Assembly (NCBI GenBank): GCA_032718475.1
Contig: JAUCBJ010006842.1
Location: 265,980 to 329,979 of the forward strand
Length of the DNA stretch: 64,000 nucleotides
Source of the DNA: Nemertoderma westbladi
Lineage: Eukaryota > Animalia > Xenacoelomorpha
Direction: 5' to 3'
The translations under genes and the position numbers were made by a program. This document shows, piece by piece, positions 1-12,204 of the stretch (the stretch's first letter is position 1; every line of letters begins with the position of its first letter). The notes under the pieces were generated by a model. It had not been told where the DNA came from, made no database searches, and worked only from the letters and a program-made list of their open reading frames with translations.

Positions 1-1163
1 AGGAATTAAGTCAAAGAATCTCCCTGCAGTCATGACTTTTGTGGACTTCAAGAAGGCATTCGACTCCATCCATAGAGGTAAAATGCTTGAAATCCTAAGA
101 GCTTATGGAATACCAGAAGTAATTGTTGCTGACATTGGATTGTTATATTGTGACACAGAAGCGCAGACGTATTCTCACCAGATGGTGAAACTGAGTTTTT
201 CTCAATCCTGGCTGGCGTACTGCAAGGTGACACATTAGCACCACTATTGAAACTATTTGTAATTGTGATGGACTACGCAATGAGGACGACCACAAAGGGT
301 GAAGATCTGGGATTCACACTTCAAGAACGCAGAAGTAGTAGATATCCGGCAACTACAGTCACAGACACCGACTTTGCGGATGACATCACCCTGCTCTCTA
401 ATACGCTAGCAGATGCACAGCTTCTACAAAATAAAGTGGAGAGGGCTGCTAAGGAGGTTAGATTGCATATAAATGCTACCGGTACCAAGACCGAATTCAT
501 GACCTTTAATGTTGATGGAAAGAAGACAACCATTGATAATAATCAACTAAGGAAGGTCGATGACTACCAGTACCTTGGATCATGGATAGAGAGTAGCAAA
601 AAGGACATAGAAGTTAGGAAAGCAAAGGCTTGGGTAGCTCTATCAAAAATGGATACCATCTGGAAATCAGATCTCTCCAGGCACCTGAAGACTTTAAGTT
701 CTTTCGAGCCACAGTGGAAAGTGTATTTTATACGGGGGTGAGACCTGGACACTGACTAAATCACTTGAACAACGAATTGATGGTTGCTACACAAGACTAC
801 TGAGGGCAGCCCTAAACTTGTTATTGTATTATTATTTTATATATACTAAACATCAGCTGGAGACAGCACATGACAAACGCCGAGCTTTATTGCACAATAC
901 CCCCTGTATCAACCACCCTCCGTGAACGCAGATTAAGATTCAGTGGGCACTGCTGGCGAAGTAAAGACGAGGTCATACAAGATCTACTTCTCTGGCAACC
1001 AACTCATGGAAAGCGTAGTCGTGGACGACCAGCCATAACATATATAGATCAACTTGAAAGGGATACTGAACTTGGGAGAAACGAAATTGTGACAACTATG
1101 GAGAATCGGGAAGCCTGGAAGGATCTCATTTCCACTGTCCGAGTTCGCTCGACCTCGTGGTAG
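1..1163 (+). mobile_element. RTE-clade LINE, frameshifted RT and C-terminal portion, runs off the window start (family A)
   Basis: ORF pieces carry RT motifs FVDFKKAFDSI, GVLQGD (other frame), DFADDITLL and YQYLGSWI, plus the RTE-type C-terminus RRLRFSGHCWR...RGRP. Homologous to 39559-41280 (-) and 48347-48706 (+). Confidence 0.9.
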
Positions 1164-1493
1164 GTTTTAAATTAATTACAAGATAGATCAGGAAACAATA
1201 TAAAATTCAACAGAAAGAAAGCTCATTAAAAAATCATTGCCTTCTTATATTTTTGTATATATGTGACTGTATCCTTCCAATGACTATATAGAAAAATATT
1301 ATACTTTAATTTCCGGAAAATAAAGTAAACCATATATCAACACATTTATCTCACGCCCGGAGATAAAGAACATCTTAAATCCTGGAACTTCAATAACAAA
1401 TTGGGATTGAAAGGAAATTTAACAACAATATATCTATTAGATCGATTTGTAAACAATACAATAAGTTAAATATAAAACTAAAAAAAATCTTTA

Positions 1494-2980
1494 TTAGGAA
1501 CCGAGAGGTTCATTACTGTAAGAATTGTTGGCTGATTGATTGACTGGCTGGCTGACTGACTGATCTACAGCCAAAACTACTCTAACGATTTTGATGAAAT
1601 TTTCACAGTGGCTTGATACCGCGATTCTAAGGTCCCTGGTATGTTCCGCTATTTTGTCCATGAGCCGTGGGCTCGAAAAATAGACATAAACGAAAAAACG
1701 CCATAGGCGCAATGGTAAAAAACACCAATAACAGCTGGTGTCGTGATGAAAAATGGCTTATGTAATGCATTTCTACAGAAGGCTTAGTAATAAATCGATG
1801 AGGTTGCCAAGATTATTATACTCAGTACACCCATACTGTTTGTATAGGCCACCACTCTCTGTCAAAGCAAACATTAACGGGTTGGTTTAGTTTGAAATCT
1901 AATATCGCCTCAGCTGAATTACTCTTCCCAATGCAATCTATGGGAATATCTCACTCTGCTAATGTAAGCTGAATGACTTAAGTACACAGTGTGTTGGCTA
2001 CATTAATGCCAACATTATTGCAAAATGTTTTATTGTTTGATTACTCTCTGTCAGTCTCCCCTTCAGAACATTGTATAGGAAATTTACTTTAGTTTACTCT
2101 ACTGTGCCATTCAGCTGAAGGGATTTGAGCGATTGCCAAGTTACAGAGTTGGATCATTATCTGACCATAGGCAAAGGCAAATCTTGTTAAAATATACTTT
2201 TTCCATGTTTTTTTTTCTGACCAAAAATTTCAAAAAAAATTTTTTGTAGCCAGTACTGCCAATCGATTCGCCATCAAAAATAACGCAAAAAAATTTTTTT
2301 GCAAAATTTTAAATTACTGTAAATTTTTGGCGACTGGGGGGGGTCAATTTTTTTCGATCCGCTATAACTCCGGAACGCTTTGTCCAAATTCGATGGGGTT
2401 TTCATTTTTCAACTTAATTCGATGTCCTCTTTCAGCCTATCCATGTTTCGAAACCCCAAACAACGCCGTTCAAAAATAAATTTTTTCTAGTTCTAGAATT
2501 TTACAAATTTCAAAAAAGTTGCAGTATTTTATTAACGCCTTTACGGAATTCGATAGCGTTTTCGATTTTTATATTAAACGCAATATCCTGAATCTCACTA
2601 GCCTAGTTTCGCGTCACCAATGCCAAGACTTCATACTTTTTGAGGAAAATTTTTCTAGAATAATTTTTATTTAATTACATTTATCGCGATTTCTTATTAC
2701 TGGATGCACATGAATTGATGGAGTTTTCAATTTCTTAACTAAACACGATATCGCGCATCGCACCAGCGTGGTTTCGAAATTCCAAAACGAGGTCTTCACT
2801 AGTTGCAGGTCGATTTTGTTCTAGAATGGAGCAACTAATAATAGATCGAATTTATTAATAATTATTGTATGAAATATGATTGTATTTTTACATAATTATT
2901 AGTTCTATACTAATTCTCGTTGTCTCTTTTATTTAAAATAAAAAGTCGGTTCCTTATCGGGCCGCTAGGCCCGTCACTAG
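1494..2980 (+). mobile_element. Non-autonomous Helentron/HINE (DINE-1-like) element, copy 1, terminal type A
   Basis: The 5' end TTAGGAACCGAGAGGTTC holds a hairpin, followed by a (CTGA/CTGG)n microsatellite and the core ACGATTTTGATGAAATTT. The 3' end has sub-terminal inverted repeat TCGGTTCCT, hairpin CGGGCC-GCTA-GGCCCG and a CTAG terminus. Confidence 0.75.
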
Positions 2981-4074
2981 TTAGCAAGTCGTTAGACTTG
3001 ATTACTGTAAGAATTGTTAGCTGACTGACTGGCTGACTGGCTGACTGACTGGCTGATCTACAGCCAAAACTGCTCTAACGATTTTGATGAAATTTTCACA
3101 GCATCTAGATACCGCGATTCTAAGGTCCCTGGCATGATCGGCTACTCCGTCCATAGCCTCTGGGCTCGAAAAATAGAGATAAACGAAAAAAACGCCATAG
3201 GCGCAATGGTAAAAAAATAACACCCATGACAGCTGGTGTCCTGATGAAAAATGGCTTATGTAATGCATTTCTACACAAGGCTTAGTATAAATCGATGAGG
3301 TTGCCAAGATTATTGTACTTAGTACACCCATACTGTTTGTTTAGGCCCTACCAACCACTCTCTGCAAACAAACATCAACTGGTTGGTTTGCTATTCTATA
3401 GGGAGCCACCTAACAAGGAAGTACATACAGTGCCAACTTTATAATCATTCACTGGGTTAGCCGGCTATTACAGCCTCAGCTGAATAACTCTTCCCAATGC
3501 TTTCTATGGCGATCTACAAGGTTACTCTCTCTTCTATGTTAATTGACGTGTAAGCTGATTGACTGTTAGTTACACAGTGTGTTGGGTACTATTGGATTGC
3601 ACTGTATTTATAATAATAATTGTTTTATTTTTAAATCTTTCGGCCAACATTAATTCTGTGGAGGCAGTATGCTTATAAGGTGGAATGTTTACTCAGCCTC
3701 ATACTGATACTGTGTAAGGCTAACACTAACATTATAGTTTGAAATATATATATCACTGCTTATTATCTGTATCAGGATACACACTGGCATTCTAAATGTT
3801 TTATACTGTAGGTGATTGACATTGTGCAAGCTGAATGACTGTTAGTTCTTTCAGACCATAGCCAAACATTGTTGAGGGAATTTAGTTTAGTTCACTCTAC
3901 TGTGCCATTCAACTGAATGAATTTGAGCAATTTTGCCAAATTACAGAGTGGGATCTCTCTCTGACCATAGGTAAATAGCCCTTCCATTCTGACCATAGGT
4001 AAACATTGTTGAGGGAATTTATATTTGATTGATGACTTCCGACTTGCTTAACGGCGTCTTGACGCCGTCTCTAG
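2981..4074 (+). mobile_element. Helentron/HINE-like element, copy 2, terminal type B
   Basis: Same 5' internal core as copy 1. The 5' end is TTAGCAAGTCGTTAGACTTG; the 3' end has subTIR CGACTTGCT, hairpin ACGGCGTC-TT-GACGCCGT and CTAG at 4071-4074. Confidence 0.75.
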
Positions 4075-5871
4075 TTAGGAACCGAGAGGTTCATTACTGT
4101 AAGAATTGTTAGCTGACTGGCTGACTGGCTGGCTAATCTATAGCCAAAACTACTCTAACGATTTTGATGAAATTTTCACAGCGGCTGGTTACCGCGATTC
4201 TAAGGTCCCTGGTATGTTCCGCTATTTCGTCCATGAGCCGTGGGCTCGAAAAATAGACATAAACGAAAAAACGCCATAGGCGCAATGATAAAAACACCAG
4301 CTGGCACTAATCAAAAATGGATAGAGATAGCCTAGTAATGCTATTCTATAGGAATGGCCACCTAACAAGGAAATGCTTTCTCTGCCAAGTATTATCCTCA
4401 CTCTACAACTCAGACAGTAAGCAAACAAAAGCCGTGGGATTCTAATGTATTACATCATAAGCTGATTGCTCTCCCAATAGCCCTCACACACTCACTGAAT
4501 CCAATGAAATCGAATATCTATTAGCTTAATGCGAATAGCTGGTAAGCTGAATGCCATTTTAGTTATTGTGTAGGCCTACTACTGTTGACTGTAGAGTAGA
4601 CTGCTATGTTGCATGTATTTAATTAAAATAATTTTCGTAGAGGGAAGTTAATTTGGGATTACTCTCTATCAGGTGTAAGCAAAGCTGTTCAATGGGGTGG
4701 GCAATGGGACCCAAATATAGCACATTATGCATGGCAACGATTTCTGATATAATTAAAATACAAATTGATTTATTTTTATTTTTATTTTATATCTATTTTA
4801 TTGATAAAATAATAATATGATTTTACCGAATTTCATTTACCCCGTTGGGGAGTGTATATTATTATACTATTATTAAAATACAAGACAGGGGCTTGTTTCG
4901 ATATATGTAGTTGCGCCCTTCGAGCAGCACGTGAGTAACATCAAATATTAGACACAATGTTTGACTTTGTCCCTTCTAGCAGCACGTGAGTTTTGCTTTG
5001 ACCCTTGATATATGATGTTGCGCCCTTCGAGCAGCACGTGAGTTACATCAAATAATAGACACACTGTTTGACTTTGTCCCTTCGAGCAGCACGTGAGTTT
5101 GGCTTTGACCCTTTCAGCAGCGTGTGCCAATCGAGCCGAATCATACTGATCGAGCCGAATAGAACCAATCGAGGCGGTCAAGCCGAGTCGAGCCCAATCG
5201 AGCCGAGTCAAGCCGAACGGAGCCGAGTTGAGCCCAATCAAGCCTAGTCGAGCCGGACTGAGGTGAGGCAAGCCCAATCGAGTCGAGTCGAGCCCAATAG
5301 AGCCGAGTCGAGCCCAATCAATCCTAGTCGAGCCTAATTGAGCCGGACCGAGCCAAGTCGAGCCCAATCGAGCCAGACTGAGCCAAGTTGAGACAAATCG
5401 AGCCGAGTCAAGCCCAATCAATCCCAACCGAGCCGAGTCGATCGGATTGAGCCCAATTGAGCCAAGTCTAGCCAGACCGAGCCGAGTCGAACCCAATCGA
5501 GCCGATTGAGCCGAATCGAGCTGAGTCGACTCAGACCGAGCTGAGCCGAGCCCAATTGAGCCGTGTCACGCCAAATTGAGCCGGATTGAGTCGAGTCGAG
5601 CCCAATCAAGCCGAGTCGAGCCCATTCGAATCGAGTCGAGCCCAATAGAGCCGAGTCGAGCCCAATCAAGACTAAGTCGAGCCCAATCGAGCCGGACTGA
5701 GCCAAGTTGAGCCAAATCAAGCCGAGTCAAGCCCATTCAATCCCAATCGAGCCGATTCGAGCCCAATCGAGCCGAGTCGAGCCCAATCGAGCCAAGTCGA
5801 GCCGAGCTCATTGTCTCTTTTATTTGAAATAAAAAGTCGGTTCCTTATCGGGCCGCTAGGCCCGTCACTAG
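4075..5871 (+). mobile_element. Helentron/HINE-like element, copy 3 (type A ends), with a different interior containing a satellite
   Basis: Type A 5' end at 4075; type A 3' subTIR, hairpin and CTAG ending at 5871. Interior diverges from copies 1 and 4 after ~4300. Confidence 0.72.
5128..5807. repeat. Degenerate pentamer satellite (CCGAG/TCGAG/CCCAA)n
   Basis: Continuous 5-bp periodic array, e.g. AGCCGAGTCGAGCCCAATCG repeated. It generates the low-complexity LGSARLG ORFs on the minus strand. Confidence 0.95.
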
Positions 5872-7387
5872 TTAGGAACCGAGAGGTTCATTACTGTAAG
5901 AATTGTTGGCTGATTGATTGACTGGCTGGCTGACTGACTGACTGATCTACAGCCAAAACTACTCTAACGATTTTGATGAAATTTTCACAGCGGCTAGATA
6001 CCGCGATTCTAAGGTCCCTGGTATGTTCCGCTATTTCGTCCATGAGCTGTGGGCTCGAAAAATGGACATAAACGAAAAAACGCCATAGGCGCAATGGTAA
6101 AATAACACCAATAACAGCTGGTGTCGTGATGAAAAATGGCTTATGTAATGCATTTCTACACAAGGCTTAGTATAAATCGATGAGGTTGCCAAGATTATTG
6201 TACTTAGTACACCCATACTGTTTGTTTAGGCCCTGCACTCTTTGTCAAAGCAAATATTAACTGGTTGATTTAGTTTGTGGTTCTAGACATGCTTAGTATA
6301 AATCGATGAGGCTGCCAACTGGTTGGTTTAGTTTGCAATCTATTACCGCCTCAGCTGAATAACTCTTCCCCCTGCTGAATGACTATTAGGTATACAGTGT
6401 ATCGGCTACATTAATGCCAACATTATTGCAAAATGTTTTATTGTTTGATTACTCTCTGTCAGTCTCCCCTTCAGAACATTGTATAGGAAATTTACATTAG
6501 TTTACTCTACTGTGCCATTCAGCTGAATGGATTTGAGCGATTGCCAAGTTACAGAGTTGGATCATTCTCTGACCATAGGCAAAGGCAAATCTTGTTAAAA
6601 TATACTTTTTCCATGTTTTTTTTCTGACCAAAAATTTCAAAAAAAATTTTTCGTAGCCAGTACTGCCAATCGATTCGCCATCAAAAATAACGCAAAAAAT
6701 TTTTTTTGCAAAATTTTAAATTACTGTAAATTTTTGGCGACTGGGGGGGGTCAATTTTTTTCGATCCGCTATAACTCCGGAACGCTTTGTCCAAATTCGA
6801 TGGGGTTTTCATTTTTCAACTTAATTCGATGTCCTCTTTCAGCCTATCCATGTTTCGAAACCCCAAACACCGCCGTTCAAAAATAAATTTTTTCTAGTTC
6901 TAGAATTTTACAAATTTCAAAAAAGTTGCAGTATTTTATTAACGCCTTTACGGAATTCGATAGCGTTTTCGATTTTTATATTAAACGCAATATCCTGAAT
7001 CTCACTAGCCTAGTTTCGCGTCACCAATGCCAAGACTTCATACTTTTTGAGGAAAATTTTTCTAGAATAATTTTTATTTAATTACATTTATCGCGATTTC
7101 TTATTACTGGATGCACATGAATTGATGGAGTTATCAATTTATTAACTAAACACGATATCGCGCATCGCACCAGCGTGGTTTCGAAATTCCAAAACGAGGT
7201 CTTCACTAATTGCAGGTCGATTTTGTTCTAGAATGGAGCAACTAATAATAGATCGAATTTATTAATAATTATTGTATGAAATATGATTGTATTTTTACAT
7301 AATTATTAGTTCTATACTAATTCTCGTTGTCTCTTTTATTTAAAATAAAAAGTCGGTTCCTTATCGGGCCGCTAGGCCCGTCACTAG
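5872..7387 (+). mobile_element. Helentron/HINE-like element, copy 4 (type A), near-identical to copy 1
   Basis: Type A ends; ~6405-7387 matches ~1997-2980 almost base for base. CTAG at 7384-7387 is followed by TT. Confidence 0.75.
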
Positions 7388-8044
7388 TTATGATTTGTGA
7401 CTTTCTATTTGAGCTATTTGGCAATACAATATATGTTGGGGCTATGAAACTTACAGGATTTCGCTGACTAACACATTGGAATATTATATTATTTGTACTT
7501 TAAGCTATAATTTAGTTTGTTTATTGGTGTGAGTATTTCGCAGATGGCTTTGGCATTTGGGGAGATAAATACACATAAAATGAGTCACTAAAAAAAGCGC
7601 AAATAATATTTTAATATACAAGTAGCATGGAAAACAGTCAGTAAGAGGGAATAATTCTTGGGTAGTAATTAAATAATATGTTTTGTATTAATTTAAAATA
7701 TATTGTAAAAAATTATCAATGTGGAATTAGACTAATCAGATACAATTATAATTTCAGTTGACTCCAGGGCTAGTCCATTGGAAAATACATTGGCCATGTG
7801 AAATGTAGAACAGACTTTATGTTGTTTTATTTCACTTTTACAGCACCTCCTGGAGAAGTATATCTGGCTTTCACTAGGAACTATAGTAGTTAGTTACAGG
7901 CTAGGTTGAATATAAACAAAACAATAAACGTTTTAGTATCTGAGAAAATTGTAAGATATGAAAAGCGCTATTAAACATTAAATAAATACATAAAAAACAA
8001 AAGTGAAAACCTATTCTTCACATATAATCTTCACGTTTTATTTT

Positions 8045-9545
8045 CACTAAACTTGTTACATGATCGATAAAGAAAATACACCAATCATGGGAAATGAACA
8101 GGTTACAGTGGCGGTGTTTTCTAACCATAACAATAAACGATACTCAATAAAACTATGGTGATATATGGTCGATACAAAAAAATACTCCATGAGACATATT
8201 CACTCCATGAGCCTGCCAAAGTACAAGATTATGCACTGGCTGGTCCTCACGGCGAAAGCAATGTCCTGCAAAGCGGAGGCGATTTTGTTCTAGCGTCAAG
8301 CTTGGGGGAACCAATGAGACACCTCCAATGTTATATAGTGTCTGGTTGGAGATGTGTGCATTGTACTTGACACAATGAACCCGGCGTAGCATTCTTGTGA
8401 ATGTGCCATCCAGAGATTTGGTGTCCTCAGCAGTTAGAGCCCAGCATGGACTCCCATAGAGGAGTACTGGAACTACTGCTGCTCTAAATAATCGGACCTT
8501 AAGTTTCCGATTAATTCTCGGTGACTTCCAAAGCCTGGAAAGCCTATTCAAAGCTGCCCATGCCTTTCCGAATTCGAATTACGTATTCGAAGGTCCTCAC
8601 CTGTCTTCCGGATCCATGATCCCAGGTAACAGAAGTCGTCCACATGCTCAAGCATGCCATCCTTTGAGCTTATGCTCATCCGATCAGAGACTTGCTGAGG
8701 ACTTTCAAAGTTAACTGTCAAAATTTCAACTAATCAAAACAATAAACGGTGCTCAATAAAACTATGGTGATATATGGTCGATACAAAAAAATACACCAAT
8801 CATGGGAAAGAAACAGGTTGCAGTGCTGGTGTTTTCTAACCAATACAATTAACGAAACTCATAAAATTGCTTACATGGTCAGTACACAAAATACACCAAT
8901 CATGACAAAGGAACAGGTTTCAGCGACGGTGTTTTCTAATCAAAACACTAAACGATGCTCAATAAAATTTGTTACATGATCGATACAGAAAAAACAACAC
9001 TCATTGGAAAGAAACAGGTTACAGCGACAATGTTTTTTAATTTTTAACCAAAACAATAAATGATACTTAATAAAACTGGTTATATGGTCGCTACAGAAAA
9101 TAAACCAGTAATGGGAATGGAACAGATTACAGTGTGGTGTTAATAAAACTTGTTACATGATTGATACAGAAAATACACCAATCGTTGGAAAGAAACAGGT
9201 TACAGTGGCGGTGTTTTCTTACTAAAACAATAAACAATACTCCATAAAATTATCGGGATTTTGTCGATACACAAAATACGCCAATCTGGGAAGGAAACAG
9301 GTTGCAGTGCCGGTGTTTTCTAACCAAAACAATAAACGATAAAACTGGTTGCATGGTCGATACAGGCAATAACGCAATCATAGCTAGCAGTATTTCCTAA
9401 CCAAAACAATAAACGATTGACTTGGTTAAATTGTCGATTTAAAAAAATGCACCAATCATGGGAAAGGAACAGGTTACAGTGCAGGCGATTTCTAACCAAA
9501 ACAATAAACTAAACTCATTACAACATATAAACCAATCATCGAAAG
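8045..9545. repeat. Diverged tandem repeat, unit ~100-110 bp
   Basis: Recurring ATCGATACAGAAAATACACCAATCATGGGAAAGGAACAGGTTACAGTGGCGGTGTTTTCTAACCAAAACAATAAACG; interrupted by an RTE fragment. Confidence 0.9.
8190..8730 (-). mobile_element. RTE-clade LINE fragment (family B)
   Basis: Minus ORF 8153-8551 reads KVRLFRAAVVPVLLYGS...RLRFAGHCFR, and upstream sequence encodes DDFCYLGSWI. Homologous to 53780-54260. Confidence 0.85.
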
Positions 9546-10321
9546 GAAACGGGTCTAACCAGCATAAGCTAACAACATGTGTTATTTTAATTATTATTTA
9601 TATGTTCTTTCGTTTATTTGTTTTGGTTACTTCCACCTGTCTCCGTAATATGCTCTTTTACTAACCTGCCTCCAAACCCTCACCCGGCAATTACTATTGA
9701 AGTGTTTGTTGTTCTATCTATTTTTTTCGTTTAGAAGGAGCTCTACCACTACCATATGACCCCCACCCTCATTGCAAAATATTACTGAGGCTGCACAATG
9801 TTAGATATGCCACACATGTGCATTTTTGTGCTCTATGGTTATTGGTGGAACCTCACAGACAAAAATTCAGCTCTACCCTGCAGTTCCACTGCTTAAAGCT
9901 AGACGATCACTGCTATCTGCAAGCATTGTGATATGGCAAATTCCTCGCTTGAACAGTATGCCTATCAATCAGTAAATTTCCTATACTGTCTGCACTCTCC
10001 AGGATATGAGAACAAGACCGAACTAGGAAGGCTCTGGTCTGTCGCCATTGCTCCATTGTGAAAGCCGATTTTGAATGTATGAGTAATACTGAAAATAAAA
10101 ACAACTCTTCCAATCCCAAATAAAACTAATTCAATTCTATGCTTATGGCGATACTGTTAAGGACACAATGCATCAGTTCAACATCAGCAGCAATAAGATC
10201 CTTGAATACGGAATAATACTATTACATCGCAATGTAAAATAATATTATTATTATATTTTTCTCGCAATTGTTAGTTGTTTATTTACATTATTTATATTCA
10301 CTTCCAATAAATATTATAAGA

Positions 10322-11290
10322 ATGATTAATGATACCGAAATACTCCCAGTAACACAAAATTTCATGGAACTGATAAAAATAATTACATCGATACTTCCCA
10401 TACTGACTGTATTCATAAACTGCCTTATACTGGTTAGCTACCTTACTAACCGCTTTATCCGCAGCAACCAATCCAATGTACTGATTGCGAACTGTGCTGT
10501 GGCTGGACTACTAGAAGGTGCTATTGTATTAACATCGCACACATTAATGCAGATTATAGATTCAAGTTTAGACTTTATGTACTATTATATTATATATACA
10601 ACCATACTTGAGTTGGACAATCTAATATATATAGTTCATCTGGTAAGTCTGGTGGCATTCTCTGTTGAAAGATACATATATATCACACATCCTTTTACAT
10701 ACAACGAATTTGTTACTAAGTCCTTACTGCGACGTTTGATTGTTGGTATTTGGTTGTTCTGTCTCGTTTACATATGCATCAAGGTGTTAGTGGTTAATTT
10801 GAATTTAGTAGGATCGGGTGATTCTTCTGATGCTATAAAAAATAATTTTATTATGACCTACGATATTATTAGCATGGTAGTTTGGACATCAGTTGCCGCA
10901 ATTTGTCTCTTTGTAGCAAATATTGCAATAGTCAGGATAGTTATTCATCATATATGGCGCATTCGAGAACATCCGGTTGTGTGCGAAGCAGATAATCACT
11001 TCAAATCGTCTACAATCAGTGGAATAATTAATATGATATTTCTAAGCGTATCAACCCTGTTGTTATGGGCACCGCACCATAGTTTCCAGTTGTTTTATTT
11101 AATTAATGGCTATGATAGGAAGGCACGCATCATACTGAGTTACTCGCGTGTAATTGGATACACAAATTACCTTATGATAGCAATCATATGCATCCGAGAT
11201 GCTGGATTTCGAGCAACATGTACTAATATATTGAAGTGCTATTGTGTTTGTAAAGCCAACCGTGAACCAATATACCGTAGGAAGTCATGA
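10322..11290 (+). CDS. Rhodopsin-like (class A) 7TM GPCR, single exon, divergent aminergic/TAAR-like
   Basis: Seven hydrophobic segments: TM1 Asn (FINCLI), TM2 ANCAVAGLLEG, TM3 SVERY..I.HP, TM4 Trp, TM6 LLWAP, helix-8-like GFR. N-terminal NDT sequon. First ATG at 10322 (the ORF track starts at a TTG). Paralog at 50629. Confidence 0.88.
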   Translation: MINDTEILPVTQNFMELIKIITSILPILTVFINCLILVSYLTNRFIRSNQSNVLIANCAVAGLLEGAIVLTSHTLMQIIDSSLDFMYYYIIYTTILELDNLIYIVHLVSLVAFSVERYIYITHPFTYNEFVTKSLLRRLIVGIWLFCLVYICIKVLVVNLNLVGSGDSSDAIKNNFIMTYDIISMVVWTSVAAICLFVANIAIVRIVIHHIWRIREHPVVCEADNHFKSSTISGIINMIFLSVSTLLLWAPHHSFQLFYLINGYDRKARIILSYSRVIGYTNYLMIAIICIRDAGFRATCTNILKCYCVCKANREPIYRRKS

Positions 11291-11922
11291 TTATTATAAC
11301 ATTGCTATACTTTTATTATAATTTAATGATTGTAGGCAATATAATAACAGAGACATTATTTATCAATTTGATTGGAAAATAATTATTTGGGTGTTTAGGT
11401 GTTAAAACAGGGAAGATATTAAATATGATTTTAAAGGGGAACCCAACCAACAACGCTGACGCGTACAAATTATAAAGTAGATAAAATATTATATTTGGAA
11501 GGTGCATCCAATCTCTATGTGAGGACGGAGGTCATTAGTTGGCATTGTAATTTTGATGTTATTTAATATTTATTTTTATAAATAAATCATTATAAAATGT
11601 ATTACAATGTTATTAATATTTTTTATAGATATTAAAATGTTCTCACATTAAGGTATAATGCAACCATTTCAATTACAGATGTGGCCTTTTCCTTTCAAAT
11701 GACTGTTACAATGTCAAGTATTACATACCGTTTAAGGGTTTAACGTATCTTAATCAAGATGTTAATGAAGTCATTGAGATATTATAATATTATTGGTGTT
11801 GAAGGTCGACGACACCCGCTGGTGAAGTTAAAATATATCTATGTGGATACGATCAAATTAACAGGGACTTGAAGCAGGGTCATCTCAATAGGAACTTTAA
11901 TTTTGTCCGTATGTAACCTGTC

Positions 11923-12100
11923 ACACTGTAACCTGTTCCTTTCCCTCAATTAATAAATATCATTAATTAGCTTTATTAATGTTTGTCGGCGTTGTGTTGG
12001 TGTAAACGCTTCACCGACAACCGACAACCAACGCCGACAAACATTAATAAAGCTAATTAATGATATTTATTAATTGAGGGAAAGGAACAGGTTACAGTGT
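11923..12100. repeat. Perfect 72-bp inverted repeat with a 34-bp spacer
   Basis: 11923-11994 is the exact reverse complement of 12029-12100. Confidence 0.93.
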
Positions 12101-12204
12101 TAGGTTATTCTAACCTAAACAATAAACGATAATCACGAACTCAGGTTACATTTTCATATTTGCTGTTGTCGGCCGTGTTGACTGTCGGTTGTCAGCGTAG
12201 CGTT

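Noticed and set aside
4948-5720. Minus-strand ORFs of 182 and 100 aa rich in LGSARLG
   Set aside because: They are translations of the pentamer satellite and do not start at an ATG.
1494-6216. Repeated short minus-strand ORFs (RLWRFFVYV...DQSVSQ)
   Set aside because: They are chance frames through the non-coding HINE core and microsatellite, and the frames differ between copies.
9700-10250. Possible decayed coding remnant upstream of the first GPCR
   Set aside because: No motif could be identified with confidence by eye.
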